DNA of 64,000 bases. Origin: Balanoglossus misakiensis (Eukaryota; Animalia; Hemichordata). The notes beneath the pieces were generated by a model. That model ran no database searches. It was not told where the DNA came from and worked only from the letters and a program-made list of their open reading frames with translations. The translations under genes were made by a program, and so were the position numbers. Location of the stretch: positions 10,358,296-10,422,295 of the forward strand of contig CM082594.2 in NCBI GenBank assembly GCA_040954595.2, given 5' to 3'. Below, piece after piece: positions 62,488 to 64,000 of the stretch. Within the stretch, counting starts at the first letter, position 1. Every line of letters starts with the position of its first letter.

Positions 62488-64000
62488 ATAGATTTAAAAA
62501 GTGCATTCGACATTCAAAATCGCTCTGCAATCATGCAAATCTAATCCAGTTGAGGAAACCCCAATTATAAAAGGGTCACATATTTTATCATAAAGCCGTT
62601 TAAATCGTTTAAATCGTTTGATAGCTGCCATTTACTTTTAGACTGGAGCAGATTACATGGTGAGCATGCTTATACTAAATCCCCATTTGCAACGTAACTT
62701 TGAATTTCTTATTTGTCAGCGTTCTTGAGAAGTGAACTGACCTTAAATCGAGCCCTGGTTTTATACCTAATGATTTCCTAGATTTACGAGATGCAATCAA
62801 CGAACGGCAATTCCCAAAAGTGGTGGGAGAAATCACTTTTCCTAGTCCCCTCACAACTAGAGAGGCACTCGTAAATTGACTGCAACAAAACCTGTAATCA
62901 TGACACAACGGCCGAACCTTGAGTCTGAAGAGTTTTGAAGCGCAAACACGCCGACTAATTGTTGTCGTCAACGGCAATTTCGTCGAAGTCTAATGAAATT
63001 CCGTGGACGATTTTTGAGTAAATAAGTGAGGTGTGTGGAGAACATGATATCCACAAAAGGACGGCGTTCAGTCAGCGACAGTAATACGCCAGAAGGGTCT
63101 ACATGTTTACCAAAACATGTGTACGTTACTGTCATGATTGAGATGGCAGATGTAGACATTACAGTATTCAAATTTGAATTCATTTGACGCCTGTCGCGCA
63201 ATATGACGACTTAATTTTACACTCTATTGTTACATGACATGTCTTGCGTTTCAGTCTAGATATTTCAAACAGAGAGTGCGTGACTTTACTCTCGAAAATG
63301 GCTTCGACGATGGACGATTCACACTTCTACCTGGGGCGAGTGCGTGCGAGTACGCGAGTGGTGAGATTGCGTGATTACGACGTGAAAGACAAGATGTTGA
63401 GAGCGCGCAATTCATTCCCTTGTGTCGTTGAACGACGATTTGTGGTGTACTTCTGTGTTCCCATTCTTGGAGAGCTAACGACGGAAACTAGCACACGGAA
63501 ACTCAATTATGCAGACTCCGCATCATTGTTTGACTTGAGGACGGTTTCACTTACTGTCAATTTTGATTACAACTTGTCGAATTCGACAGCTTTTCCTGCT
63601 GAAATTTTTCGCGACGTTGGAACCCATAGACAACAAAAGAGCCAATTATATTAATAAAGACGCCATTATCATCAATTGAATTGCCTACAGGGATCCAACC
63701 CACGGGGGATTTTGACATTTATTGATACCATTAGTTTTAAGTATTGTAATTAAATTTATAAAGACGAATATTGGTACATGTACAATGTTGAAGCGGAACA
63801 ACAGTAGATACAACAGGCGTAAAATCCAAGATGGCGTCTAAAATTTGCATATGTCCATCTCGAATATACCGAAAGACACGCTACACTAAAACGAAGACAT
63901 CACAAAAAATGATATTGACAATTCACCTCTAAAAGGGGTTAATGCAAAAATGTAAAACCCACTTCAGGCCTGACAAACCCTATCAGAGAACAGCGATTGT

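Noticed and set aside
63244-63654. 136-codon plus-strand ORF
   Set aside because: No recognisable family or convincing splice boundaries
1-64000. CRISPR arrays, tRNA/rRNA genes, prokaryotic operons, autonomous transposase/RT ORFs
   Set aside because: None seen by eye; the sequence is intron-rich animal DNA (tRNAscan, Infernal and RepeatMasker were not run)

Overview
Eukaryotic (metazoan) genomic DNA with GT-AG introns, microsatellites and long non-coding stretches. It is probably from a marine invertebrate deuterostome, but that is inference only. Most ORFs in the supplied track are spurious. Two complete minus-strand protein-coding genes could be assembled by hand with all intron phases consistent. 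(1) An adhesion GPCR: 20 coding exons, 39057->29207, 771 aa, with signal peptide, C-type lectin domain, Ser/Thr stalk, GAIN/GPS (intact HL|T site and TSFAVLM Stachel) and 7TM. (2) Directly downstream, an SLC1/EAAT-family transporter: 10 coding exons, 26658->23522, 499 aa. The most striking observation is that this intact SLC1 keeps the acidic amino-acid binding residues but has replaced most cation-coupling residues: NMDGT->KKDGS, Na1 Asp->Tyr, H+/K+ Glu->Ile, and the TM8 Arg sits in HP1 as in archaeal GltPh. Also present are a 607-bp MITE with 46-bp perfect TIRs, two duplicated non-coding blocks with conserved TF-site cores, a candidate recursive splice site, many RFX X-box palindromes, CTCF-like sites, several promoter/first-exon candidates and microsatellites. 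No tRNA, rRNA or CRISPR was seen.
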